A stretch of 64,000 nucleotides of DNA from NCBI RefSeq assembly GCF_039654945.1, contig NW_027361676.1, positions 76,136,001 to 76,200,000 on the forward strand. Direction: 5' to 3'. Position numbers and translations under genes: made by a program. Position 1 is the first letter of the stretch; each line of letters starts with the position of its first letter. The DNA is from Dendrobates tinctorius (Eukaryota). The notes under the pieces are model-generated. The model was not told where the DNA came from, did no database searches, and saw only the letters and a program-made list of their open reading frames with translations. Positions 38,591 to 49,839 of this stretch are shown piece after piece.

Positions 38591-38803
38591 TTCAGCCTCA
38601 TGGTAGAAAGAAGAAAGCAGACTTGAACATACTATTCGTGCTGTTATCAAAGCCAGGGCTGAACGCGACAAGCTGAGCGTCCACCGAGCTCCATCATTCG
38701 CCGGGGAGTGATGGAGCTCGGTGGACGCTCAGCTTGTCGCGTTCAGCCCTGGCTTTGATGACACCATGAATAATATGTTCCCGTCTGATTTCTTCTTTCT
38801 ACC

Positions 38804-38908
38804 ATGAGGCTGAAGCTGAGGAACGTCTTTCTGGTGTATTTTGTGGTGTCCAGCACCGGTCTCCTGTATGCATTACTGCAGCTCGGTCAGCAATGTGACG
38901 TCAGATAA
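38804..38908 (+). pseudogene. b3gat3: GlcAT-I (B3GAT3) N-terminal cytoplasmic tail and transmembrane segment, truncated by a stop
   Basis: ACCATG context. Translation [34 protein letters not shown] versus human B3GAT3 [32 protein letters not shown] (recognised from memory). Confidence 0.85.
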
Positions 38909-39987
38909 ACCCTGGCAATAACATTCACAGGAGGGAAGCCCCGCGCCACCGTGGTGGGGAAAACATGCTCTGGTTGTTGTGAAGGAAACAAGACCTTGGA
39001 TTTACTCTAAAAAAGGGGTGAAATGGCAGATACGATTCTGTGGTAATGGGTTAAATCATAGAATCCCATCAATAAGTTGCCAGAAAGTAACTCACATAAA
39101 CTAAATATACTTAACCCCCTAACTCCCAACACTGGATTTTAACTGTTATTAAATATACATAGTTCAAGGAGAATGTGCAATGACGCATGATGGAGTCACT
39201 TGATCCTCACAACAACCTTGGTGTAGGAAATAGGGATTAAGAAGCACATGATGATTTTAATTATATTCAGGCAGACAGAAAGAAGATCAAAAAGAAGAAA
39301 CAGAATAAGTCAAATATGAGAGTTCAAAGGATCCCAAGGAAGTATTATCTGAAGTAATCTACTTTTGAGTTCAGATTCATACACATTTAATTGTTGGGAT
39401 GCACATATTCTTGTGGAAAGATATCTTGCAATTAAACTTTAGTCCTCAGGCATCACTTTTACAGATTGCTATCTTGTAATGATTTTGTTTCATAATTCAA
39501 TAGTGCAAGTGAAGATTTGCATTATAGCTTATTAAGAAAACCCCTACATCTATGCTTTTCACATATATTTACTTCCCCCAAGTTTATGCACTGAACGCAC
39601 TCTTTGAAATATAGGATGAAATCCAAATACCAAAGTCGATACACAGATAAATGAGATTAACGTCTGCAACCCATAAAAGTTATGTGGAGGGAAAGAAGAA
39701 AGAGGGATGAGCTGCTAGAGTGAGACACAGGCCAAGAGACAAAGATAAGGCGCTGCTGCTTCTAGGGAACATATAATGTAAATTAGTGCTGGATTCACAG
39801 ATACATGGCAAAATACTGCTGTAAAATGTCCACCATACTGGGTGCTGCTAAAGTGAGAGAGAAGCACAGAGACACAGATATGATGCTGCCACTTTTAGGG
39901 AGCTTATAACACAAATCAGAGCCTAGTTTCACAGCTCCATGGCTTAATACTGTTGTATAATGTCTACCATATCAGTTGGTTGTGTAA

Positions 39988-40643
39988 AGGCCCCGTCTCA
40001 CTAAGCGACTTACCAGCGATCCCGACACCGATATCAAGGTGTCAGGATCGCTAGTAAGTCGCTATGTGATCGCTGGTGAGCTGTCACACAGCTTCACCAG
40101 CGATCAGCACAGCGATGCCGAACGCCCGGCATCGCTGGCCATCCTGTAAAAAATAGAATCAAAATAAAAAATATTGTTATTCTCACCTTCCGATGTCCCG
40201 CGCAGTCTTCCGGCCTCTCTCCACGCTCCGGTCCCAGTGATCCTTTGCACGAATGACCGCGAGATGTCACGGTCTCGCGGGATAACAAAGTCTCGCAGTC
40301 ATTCATGCAAAGGATCACTGGGACCGGAGCGTGGAGAGAGGCCGGAAGACTGCGCGGGACATCGGATGGTGAGAATAACAATATTTTTTATTTTTTTTAT
40401 TATTTTTTACACCTGATCGCTGGTCTCCCGCTGTCACACACAGCGATGTGTGCTGGCCAGCGGGAGACCAGCGACAAAAGAAATGTCCAGAGATTTCTTG
40501 CAGCGATCAGCGATACCGGCAGGGGGGCCGCTCACTGATCGCTGTCACACACAGCAATCTCGCTGGTGAGATCGCTGTTGTGTCACAAAAGTTGTGACTC
40601 AGCAGCGATCTCGCTACCGAGATTGCTTAGTGAGACGGGGCCT
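39988..40643. mobile_element. Harbinger-type MITE with internal palindrome (40170-40385)
   Basis: AGGCCCCGTCTCACTAAGC TIRs flanked by TAA/TTA, subterminal AGCGA repeats. Confidence 0.8.
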
Positions 40644-41660
40644 TTAGAGTGAGACTGAGACAAAGAGACAAAGATAAGGTGCTGCTGCTTCTACACTCCC
40701 TGACAGAAGTTATGTCGCTTATCCATGTTATGTAAATAAAAGCTTATAACCTGACGTTAAATTCATCCTTTGGTTGTATAAATTACTCTTTTGAAAGCTG
40801 AAACCCTCTGAAATGTTGTTTAGGTTAAGAAAATAAATTGGCATCAGTGCCGAAATATTGATCATTTACTGAACACAGAATGGTCAGATTTTGGTAAGAC
40901 AAAAGTTTTGTCGCCCACAGAAAGTATTGTGATATTTAAACAAACAATTAACTGAAAATACAAATATGTGTTGCAGAACATTGGTGAATGAAGTTGTGGT
41001 GCTATTAGAGTCATATTTAATATTTTGTGTGACTTCCATGAGCTTGAAGGACTGCATCCATGTGGTTCAACAATGATTCATACAATTTATTAATGAAGTC
41101 ATCAGGAATAGCAAAGAATGCAGTCTTACATGCCTCCCAGAGTTCATCTAGATTCTTTGGTTTTGTCTTCCAAGCTTCCTCTTTCATCCTACCCCAAACG
41201 TGCTCAATGATGTTCATGTCTGGTGACTGGGCTGGTCAGTCCTTGAGCACCTTGATCTGTTTTGCCTAGAGGAACTTTGCTGTAGAGATGGATGTATGAG
41301 TTGGAGCACCATCCTGCTGCAGAATTTGACCCCATTTATGATTTGGAAAATAAGAGGTAGCTAATACTTCTTGATATTTTAGTCTATTGATATTGCCTTC
41401 CACCTTGCAAATGTTTTGCACACCCCCATGCTGAATGTAACCCCAGTCCATGATCTTTCCACCACCAAATTTAACAGTTTTCTGGGTGTATTTTGGATCC
41501 ATACGGGCTCCAGTAGGTCTCCTGCAGGAGGCTGTGGTGTTGTTAGGTGTCAGGTTTCTGCGTCTGCTCTGCAGGAATCCAGAGCCTCACATTCTGCGGT
41601 CTCCTGCTGTCCTTCTACTGCAGAGGAGATTACTTTGCAGCAGACCACTCCAGAGACTAA

Positions 41661-42556
41661 AGGGCATGTCACACTAAGAGATATCACTAGCAATATCGCT
41701 ATAACTAGTGACGTTATAGCGATATTGCTAGTGATATCGCAGTGTCTGATACTTACCTACGACCGGCTCCCCCGCTGGTTATCGCTAATCGCGCGAGAAC
41801 GTCCTGGACCGTTTCTCGTCGTCAGCTTCCTGCTGCGCTTCCTGTGGAGAGACGAGCGACGCGTGGAGCCGGGTGGGAGGACGTAGGATCGCTTAGTGTG
41901 ACAGGTAAGTAGCGACCCCCGTCCCCAGCGATGTCGCTAGTGAGATCTGCCTGTGTGGCAGCTCACTAGCGACCATTTAGCGATGTACCAGCAATCCTGA
42001 CCGCGTCATATCGCTGGTCGGGATCGCTGATACATCGCTAAGGCTGGTTTCACATTAGCGCTTTTTAAGCGCACGCACGGCCGGGGGTAGCTCCGCCCCC
42101 GAGCCGGCTCTCTGCCCGGCGTGCCCGCCCCTTGCTTGTAGCGCCGCCTCCTAGCGCACAGCGGCCCCTGCGATCGGCGCACCCTATCTTTAGCATAGGG
42201 TGCGCAGATCGTGCGCAGGCCGTGCGCTAGTTGCGCTTTGACCTGCGCTGCGCACTTTTGACGGTGCGCCGTGCGCGCCAAAATCCGAAAAGTTTGATTT
42301 TGGCGTGCACGGCGCACCGTCAAAAGTGCGCAGCGCAGGTCAAAGCGCAACTAGCGCACAGCCTGCGCACGATCTGCACACCCTATGCTAAAGATAGGGT
42401 GCGCCGATCGCAGGGGCCGCTGTGCGCTAGGAGGCGGCGCTACAAGCAAGGGGCGGGCACGCCGGGCAGAGAGCCGGCTCGGGGGCGGAGATACCCCCGG
42501 CCGTGCGTGCGCTTAAAAAGCGCTAATGTGAAACCAGCCTAAGTGTGACAGTACCT
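41661..42556. mobile_element. Harbinger-type MITE inserted in the solo LTR
   Basis: AGGGCATGTCACAC / GTGTGACAGTACCT TIRs, TSD TAA. An equivalent empty site (GATTAAGTCC) is seen in the 52787 LTR. Confidence 0.8.
42042..42539. mobile_element. Young palindromic Harbinger-type MITE nested in the previous MITE
   Basis: GGCTGGTTTCACA TIRs, TSD TAA (42039-42041, 42540-42542), ~240-bp nearly perfect arms. Confidence 0.9.
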
Positions 42557-44190
42557 TAAGTCCCTCTGTGCTCCTACTGGACATGCTCACGAGACGATCT
42601 CCCTTTCTAGATCGGGAGTCATGTGCCCAGGTCCTGTTACAGATCTCATTGGTCCATCTCGGAGATCTGGAAGGTCCCGCACGGCTATAAAAAGTATAGA
42701 CTATACTTGCTATGTGTGAATGGTGACGGATGTATGATTCTGGCAACTGACTCATTATAAAACCCCTTCCCTCTGATATTACGTATGTGGATAGGGAATA
42801 AGTTTAGCAGTCAGCGCCAGTCAGTGGCAAGCCTTAGGCCACTGTGCACACCGCACCTCTACGCTAGCGTCCAACATTGTGCATGCTTTCTAGCTTTGTC
42901 ATCGATCGGCAGTGTCCTACGCCGCGCTGCAGTTGCAGCCCTTCTTGGCGCTCGCAGCAGCGACGCCGCACACACGGTAGGTCTAGATGGATGCAGCCCC
43001 TCTGTTTTAGGTCCTGCTCCTGTGACCAGATACTGTGTGTGCATTTTCCTGAGGCCTGTGACACTAACAGGCTCAGCGTTTTTGTATGTTTATGTTGCGG
43101 CGCCTCTGTGTGTAAAGAGAGCCCGCTCTGCGCACTTCGGGTGAAGTTGAACCCTTGCGCATTATACTGCCATATTGCTCCTCTGTCATTACCTAGCAAC
43201 GGTGTAACACCTACTGCACGGTGAACCCCAAGCGGTGAACGCACTTTATTATTTATTTTTATTTAGTGCGTTCCGCCATTCCTAACAGGTGTAATTCTAC
43301 TGAAGATTCATCAGAGAAATCCACCTTCTCCCACTTTACCAGCATCCATCTGTTTAGCAGGCTGTGGGACTTTGCAAATGCCACACGGATTTATATTTGC
43401 CTTTTGCTTAGTGCTGGCTTCTGGGCACTGATTCGACCATGGAGGCCATTTCGAGACAGAATCCTACAAACTATTCTAGTTGACACAGGGACTCGAGGTG
43501 ACCAGGCCTGTTGGAGCTCTGCTGCAGGGGAAGAGGGGCTTGCTTTTGATTTTCTAACTAACAAACGTTCCTCCTAAGCAGTTGTCTTGCGGGGTCTGCT
43601 GGGCCTGGGCTTGTCAAACACATCTCCAGTCTCTTCAAATCTTTTTTTAATTCTTTGTACTTGACACTGAGACACATTAAAGGTGCCAGCCACCTCTGCA
43701 GTGGGTCTGGTCTTCAGCTTCTTGATAATCAAGGCTTTTGTCATAGGGTGGATTTTTGGCATGTTGTATGAGCTCAAGTTGCAGTTCAAGTGAAGGTCTG
43801 GTGTGCTGGGTTTCTTTTTATACACACCTACTAATTAACTGGTCATTTACTGAGCACAGGTGAGGATGTAAACTAGGATTGGGTGGTTATATGACCAGGC
43901 AACAAAACTTTTGTCTTGCCAAAATCTGACCATTCTGTGTTCATTAAATGATCAATATTTCTGCATTGATGGCAATTTATTTTCTTAACCTGAAACACAT
44001 TTCTGAAGGTTTCAACTTTCAAAAGAGTAATTTATACAACTAATGGATGAATTTAACGTCAGGTTATAAGCTTTTATTTACATAACATGGATAAGCGACA
44101 TAACTTCTGTCAGGGAGTGTAGGGAGCTTTTAATATAAATTTGAGCTAGATTCACAGATACAAGGCTAAAAACTGCTGTATAATGTCTAC

Positions 44191-44634
44191 TAGAGTTGAG
44201 TGAAACAGGTTGGTCAGATTCAAAAGTTGCCGACTTTCGCCAAAGTCGGGTTTCGCCGAGCGAAACCAGACCATAGCGTGATGTCGGCCATGTGGTCGGC
44301 GAATCGAGCGCCAAAGTCGGATTTCACAGAATGCTTGCACGTGACATTTTTTTCAGCCAATGAGAAAGGATGTACACTGTGGCAATGAGATGACATGTAC
44401 AGCGTCCGGGGAGAGAGAGAGATTTTGCGCACTTTATAAAAGCGGTCCGGCATGTAGGTGTCCTCCACTCCCTGCCGACTTTGCTTCCCCATTGACTTGC
44501 ATTGGGTTTCGTGTTTCAGTCGGACCTCCGACTTTTCCCAATAGTCGGCTGATTTAGTTCGACTCGACTTTTGAGAAAGTTGGGTTTCATGAAACCCGAC
44601 TCGACCCTAAAAAAGGTAAAGTCGCTCATCTCTA
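44191..44634. mobile_element. hAT MITE (related to 21651-21961)
   Basis: TAGAGTTGAG/CTCATCTCTA TIRs, 8-bp TSD ATGTCTAC. Confidence 0.9.
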
Positions 44635-47416
44635 ATGTCTACTATACTGGGTGCTTCTAAAGTGATACAGAAGCAGAGACACATAGATATGATGCTGATG
44701 ATTTTAGGAAGCTTATAATGCAAATCAGAGCTGAATTCACAGATACACTGCTAAATACTGCTTTGTTTTGTCTGCCATGGTGCTGTGCTACAGAAAGAAA
44801 GGAGAGGAGGATGTACTTTTCTTTCTGCGTGCTGTGTATGGGAGACATCATGGCAGCCACGTTATACTCACTCTACAGTTGAGCTCAGGAAAACTGATAT
44901 CAAGCTATTAAATGTTTAGAGAGGAAGACTGATACCAGATGTAGGATGCAACGAACTGAAGTACTCTTATTACTCATATGCTTGCATATTACAACTTATC
45001 CTGAAGCCACCTGAAAAAATAGGCATTCTTTTTGTTTGTACTATTTTTAATAACTTCTATTTCATACAATTGCTGCAAATTGAGTTATTATATTATGTGT
45101 TTGTCTCTAAAGCAGAATAAATAAATATGTTGCTAAAGCAGAAAATTATTAATATTATTCTTATTTTCTAGCCTGCACTTAAGAAGAAAGTAGTTACGAA
45201 ATGATTGGTAACCATGAAAACCAATATATGCCTACTGGGAGTTATATAATATAACATGGTTCTTGGTGGAGAGGATCTCAAACAGAGGGGCTTGTTTCTC
45301 TATAATAATAAGAATAATCCAAGCTTAAAAAATAATATATAAATATAAATTGTATTTTATAGTTGACCAGTTGGATCTCTTACGTTATTCAGCTTTGCCC
45401 TATTCTGCTCTACTAGGGTCGATTCACGCATTGCATTTTTAATTCTAGAATTTCATCTCAGAATCCACCCAGAAATTCTCCACCAAAGTACAGTAAGAAA
45501 AAGCTCATTCCTATGGACACATTGATTTTTTTTTTTTACTTAAATGCATATGTTTTTTACTACAAATAATTTCTGACATCGGGTTTCATTAACCCCTTCA
45601 TGAACAGAGCTTTTTTGGGTTTTGTGTTTTCGATTTTTGCTACCCTGCTTCTCAGAGCTATAACTTTTATATCTTTCCATCAATATGGCCGTGTGAGGGC
45701 TTGTCTTTTGCTGGACGAGTTGTACTTTTGAACGACACCATTGGTTTTACCCTATCATGTACTAGAAAATGGGGAAAAAATTCCAAGTGCGGTGAAATTG
45801 GGAAAAAAAAGTGCAATCCCACACTTGTTTTTGTTTGGCTTTTTTGCTAGGTTAACTAAATGTTAAAACTGGCCTGCAATTATGGTTCTCCAGGTCATTA
45901 CGAGTTCATAGACACCAAATATGTCTAGGTTCTCTTTTATCTAAGTGGAGAAAAAATTTCCAAAGTTTGTTAAAAAAAATTGCGCCATTTTCCAATACCC
46001 GTATCGTCTCCATTTTTCGTGATATCGGGTTGAATGAAGGTTTATTTTTTGCATGTCGGGCTGATGTTTTTATTTTTACCATTTTAGTGCAGATACGATC
46101 TTTTGATCTCCCATTATTGCATTTTAATGCAATGTCGCAGCAACCAAAAAAACTTAACTCTGGCTTTTTTACTTTTTTCTCACTACGCCGTTTAGTGATC
46201 AGTTTAATCCTTTTTTTTATTGATAGATCAGGTGATTCTGAACTCGGCGATACCAAATGTGTATTTTTCATTTTTTTATTGTTTTATTTTGAATGGGACG
46301 TAAGGAGGGTGACTTGAACTTTTATATATATATTTTTTTTTTGATCCAGTCACCTTTATTGGTATGTAAACATGACAAAGACTGACATAAAAAAAAATCA
46401 GTGCTACAACATTACATGACAGTAGAAGACATAAGCATTAACATACAGTAAATGTCTTGCATTAACACAGGAGATAAAGAATGAAAGAAAGAAGAAAAAA
46501 AAAAACCCAGGCTTATCTGATAGTGTAATTAATCTCTTGAATGCAAGACGTATTCCAAAGGTAGGACTCAAACCTCACACAATAAAACAGTAGAACCAAA
46601 GAGACGTATGTTATACATCACATGACCTCGACACATTTGAATACCGGCTTTGCAACAAGGGATCCCATATACGCTGAGTCTTCTTTTTTTGCATAGGCGG
46701 TTTGTGTTAGGGCTAATTCATGCTCATAATGAAAGCTAATTTTTTCAACTACTTCTGTAATGGTCGGAACTGTAGCACATTTCCATTTAGCCGCCACTAG
46801 CAATCTTAACTGCTATCAGTGTGTGAGATAAGGCCCCCCTAATCATATGCGGAAACTCCTCTGTTCCAATATGTAAAATTACCAGGCTAGGAGACAATGT
46901 CAGACCTACCCCAAGGACTTCTAGTATTAATCTGGCAATATCCTTCCATAGATTATTCGGAGCTGGACAATCCCACCACATGTGTTCTAGTGTCCCCCGT
47001 AGCCCACATCTCCTCCAACATAATAGGGATTGTTCCGGACCAAAGTGAGCCACTTGCAACGGAAACCTTTACCAACAAAGGTGAAGTTTTTTCAGTTGTT
47101 CAAGATGGTTAAGACATGATGAGACCCGAAACACCTCTCCCAGAGCATCCCTCCAAGCCCCCAGCTCCAGGGATATACCAGTGAACGATCCCAGAGAGAC
47201 ATATAAGGAAGCTTTACATCCAAATCAAGATCATTCAGAGCCCTGTATAGGATGGACACTCCTTTTGGGCCGGATTCTGGTATTAAGAAGTATCCATAAG
47301 CTCTGTGATCTAATTTGGAGTTAAAAAAGGGTGATTCCGGTGAAGTTGACAAAAGATGGCGTATTTGTAATTATTGATAGAAATATCTGCGTATACCTGG
47401 GTGTTTGGATGCTAAA

Positions 47417-48660
47417 TAGTGATGAGCGATACCACCCAATATTGAAAAATAACGGATCGGATTGGATTGGCCGATATCCAAAAAGTATCGGGTATCGCCG
47501 ATTCCGATCCTGGAAGTCCCATTCAAGTCAATGGGACAGAAATATCGGAATGAAAAAACCCCTTTCTTTACTTGCACATCCAGTTCGGGAGGGGGGAAGA
47601 GTGTGGGCGGTGTGTGGGCGGACACTGTGCGTGTCTGTGTGTGCGGGCGGGGTCTGTGCGGGCCTGCCCGGGGCTTCTGCCGGCTGCCAGGGGTCTGTAC
47701 GGGCCTGCCGGGGGGCTTGTGCTGGCTGCTGGGGGTCTGTACGGACCTGCCGGGGGCTTGTGCCGGCTGCCGGGGATCTGTACGGGTCTGCCGGGGGCCT
47801 GTGCCGGCTGCCGGGGGTCTGTACGGGCCTGCCGGGGGCTTGTGCCGGCTGCCGGGGGTCTGTACGGGCCTGCCGGAGGCCTGTGCTGGCTGCCGGGGGT
47901 CTGTACGGGCCTGCCGAGGGCTTGTGCCGGATGCCGGGGTCTGTAAAGGCCTGCCGGGGGCTTGTGCCGGCTGACGGGGGTCTGTACGGGCCTGCCAGGG
48001 GCTTGTGCCGGCTGCCGGGGGTCTGTGCGGGCCAGCTGGGGGTCTTGTGTGTGTGCAGGCATCGTCCGATGGGACTACAAGTCCCATCGGGCGATGCCTG
48101 CTACAATGACAGTGATGGACACATTAGCTAATGATGGGACAGTAGTAGTCCCATCATCCGGCTAATGTGTTGAATGAAAAAAAAAAAAAAAACATACATA
48201 CTACATACATACTACATACATACATATATACAACATTCATACAACATACATACATATATACTACATTCATACAACATGCATACATAGTACATACATACTA
48301 CATACATACAACATACATACAACATGCTACATTCATACAACATACATACTACATACATACTACATACAACATACATACATTCATACAATACATACTACAT
48401 TCATAGGCACAGGCCCCCGGCAGGCCCGTACAGGCCTCCCACAGTCGGCACAGACCGCACATCATGATGCGCACAGACCGCGCATCATGATGACATAATT
48501 TCAGCAGCCAATCACAGCCACAACAGTGGCTCATTGCATTATGGGGACTTCCGATTCCGGTATCCGATATTGAAAAAATATCGGTACTCGGTATTGGAAT
48601 TCCGATACAGCAAATATCGTCCGATACCCGATATTTGCAGTATCGGAATGCTCAACACTA
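47417..48660. mobile_element. hAT non-autonomous element with 41-bp GC-rich minisatellite and (TACA)n-like tract, inserted in L1
   Basis: TAGTGATGAGC/GCTCAACACTA TIRs, 8-bp TSD ATGCTAAA. Confidence 0.9.
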
Positions 48661-49344
48661 ATGCTAAATGATCAAAGGGCAGAATCCCCGAGCTCCCCAT
48701 CAAGTCCTGAAGGTTCCTAATCCCCGCCGTTATCCAGACTTGCAAGTCTATATATGGAATGTGTGCCTCAAGGGCTCTCAGAGACACGTTACTTAAGTGG
48801 ATTTTAATTAAGGATGTGGCTAAGTTCCTCCTATGCTGTAATGCGGCTACCATTGTTGGCAAACCTGGTGTATACCGGCTAATCTTAATAGCCTCAGCTT
48901 CCAATACTAGGCAATGAGAGTTCCTTTTAGCATAGAATATTTCAATTTGAAGCCATCTGTAGTCCCTGTCCATATACCACCAGTCCGAGTCCAGTTAGCA
49001 CAGATGCTCTGTGGTATGCTATGAGATTCGGCATGCCCATCCCTCCAAGATCATATAATAATAATATAATAGGCTACTTGCTATCCTTGGCTGCTTATGT
49101 GCCCAGATATAATGATTGGCCATTCGTTGAAGCATCAGGATAATCCTATTAGGGATTTTAAAAGGGATGCGCCTAAAGAAATAGATAATTTTGGGATGTA
49201 TTATCATTTTAAAGATATTGATCCTCGCTATCCATGAGGTCATAATATTATGAAGTTTATCTAACTCTGATTTAATAGTTTTAGCTAGTTTAGAGAAGTT
49301 ATTATCCACTACATTTTGGGAGCTTGTTAGTGTAATTCCTAAGT

Positions 49345-49839
49345 CAATCAAATCAATCAAATCAAATTTATTATCGCCAAGTACATATTACATATATACA
49401 AGGAATTCTTTGTGGCAAAGAGGCAACATAATATATAACAACAGATACAACAAGTAACATCTAACAAGACATATACAGTATATAGTCTACACATGATGAT
49501 TTAATTGTTGAACAGAGAGTGGATAGAAGCTGTTCATATGGCGGTTGGTGCTGCATTTGGGGACTCTGAAGCGACGTCCTGAAGGGAGTAGTTGGAATGA
49601 GGAGTGTCCCGGGTGAGAGGGATCAGATGAAATTTTCAATGCGTGGGATCGAATACTCTTATCATAAAGATCCTGGATTTTAGGCAGGGGGGAACCTATA
49701 ATTCTCTCTGCTGTTCTGAAAGTCCTTTGTAAGCGGAGTTTGTCATGTGCAGTGGCTCCCCCATACCAGACTATCAGAGAGGAACAAATCACAGATCTGA
49801 TGACAGCATTAAAGAATAAGATCAGCAGATTCTTATGGT
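49345..49839 (-). mobile_element. Rex1/Babar LINE 3' fragment inserted in L1 RT
   Basis: VWYGGATAHDKLRLQR...DPSHPGHSSFQLLPSGRRFR...NSFYP, (TTGA)n tail, TSD TAAGT (49340-49344, 49840-49844). Confidence 0.9.

Larger units (their letters stand above)
38140..38970 (+). pseudogene. b3gat3: Fold-back processed 5' fragment of b3gat3 mRNA (5'UTR plus N-terminus), palindromic, no poly(A)
   Basis: 14-bp TSD TGGTTGTTGTGAAG (38126-38139, 38971-38984). Palindrome centred at 38702/38703. Left arm 38140-38167 plus 38606-38702 is the inverse of 38703-~38830. Confidence 0.8.
41541..43287 (+). mobile_element. Solo LTR inserted in the Tc1 transposase
   Basis: TGTTAGG...CCTAACA, 5-bp TSD GGTGT (41536-41540, 43288-43292). 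Related to 52787-53705. Confidence 0.9.
41017..43762 (-). pseudogene. Tc1 DD35E transposase pseudogene
   Basis: MPKIHP...RPRKTTA, FSDES, KTVKFGGGKIM, QQDGAP...SPDMNIIE (35 residues between D and E). Contains stops, a frameshift and an LTR insertion. Confidence 0.9.
40694..44119 (-). mobile_element. Full-length Tc1/mariner element with DD35E spacing (Traveler-like), ~220-bp IR/DR TIRs, disrupted by a solo LTR
   Basis: CACTCCCTGACAGAAGTTATGTCGC TIRs, TA TSD (40692-40693, 44120-44121). Confidence 0.93.
39700..44790. repeat. Degenerate ~133-bp tandem repeat (~4 units) dispersed by three insertions
   Basis: Unit GCTGC..CTTCTAGGGA..TATAA...ATTCACAGATAC...GTGAGA at ~39752, 39885, 40681/44122 and 44695. 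Confidence 0.75.

Noticed and set aside
38896-38908. Perfect CRE (TGACGTCA) plus GATA site
   Set aside because: Lies within the b3gat3-derived coding fragment at the apparent frameshift; probably incidental.
45172-45207. Micro-exon (TTTTCTAG|...|GTAACC)
   Set aside because: Stops in all three frames; unsupported.
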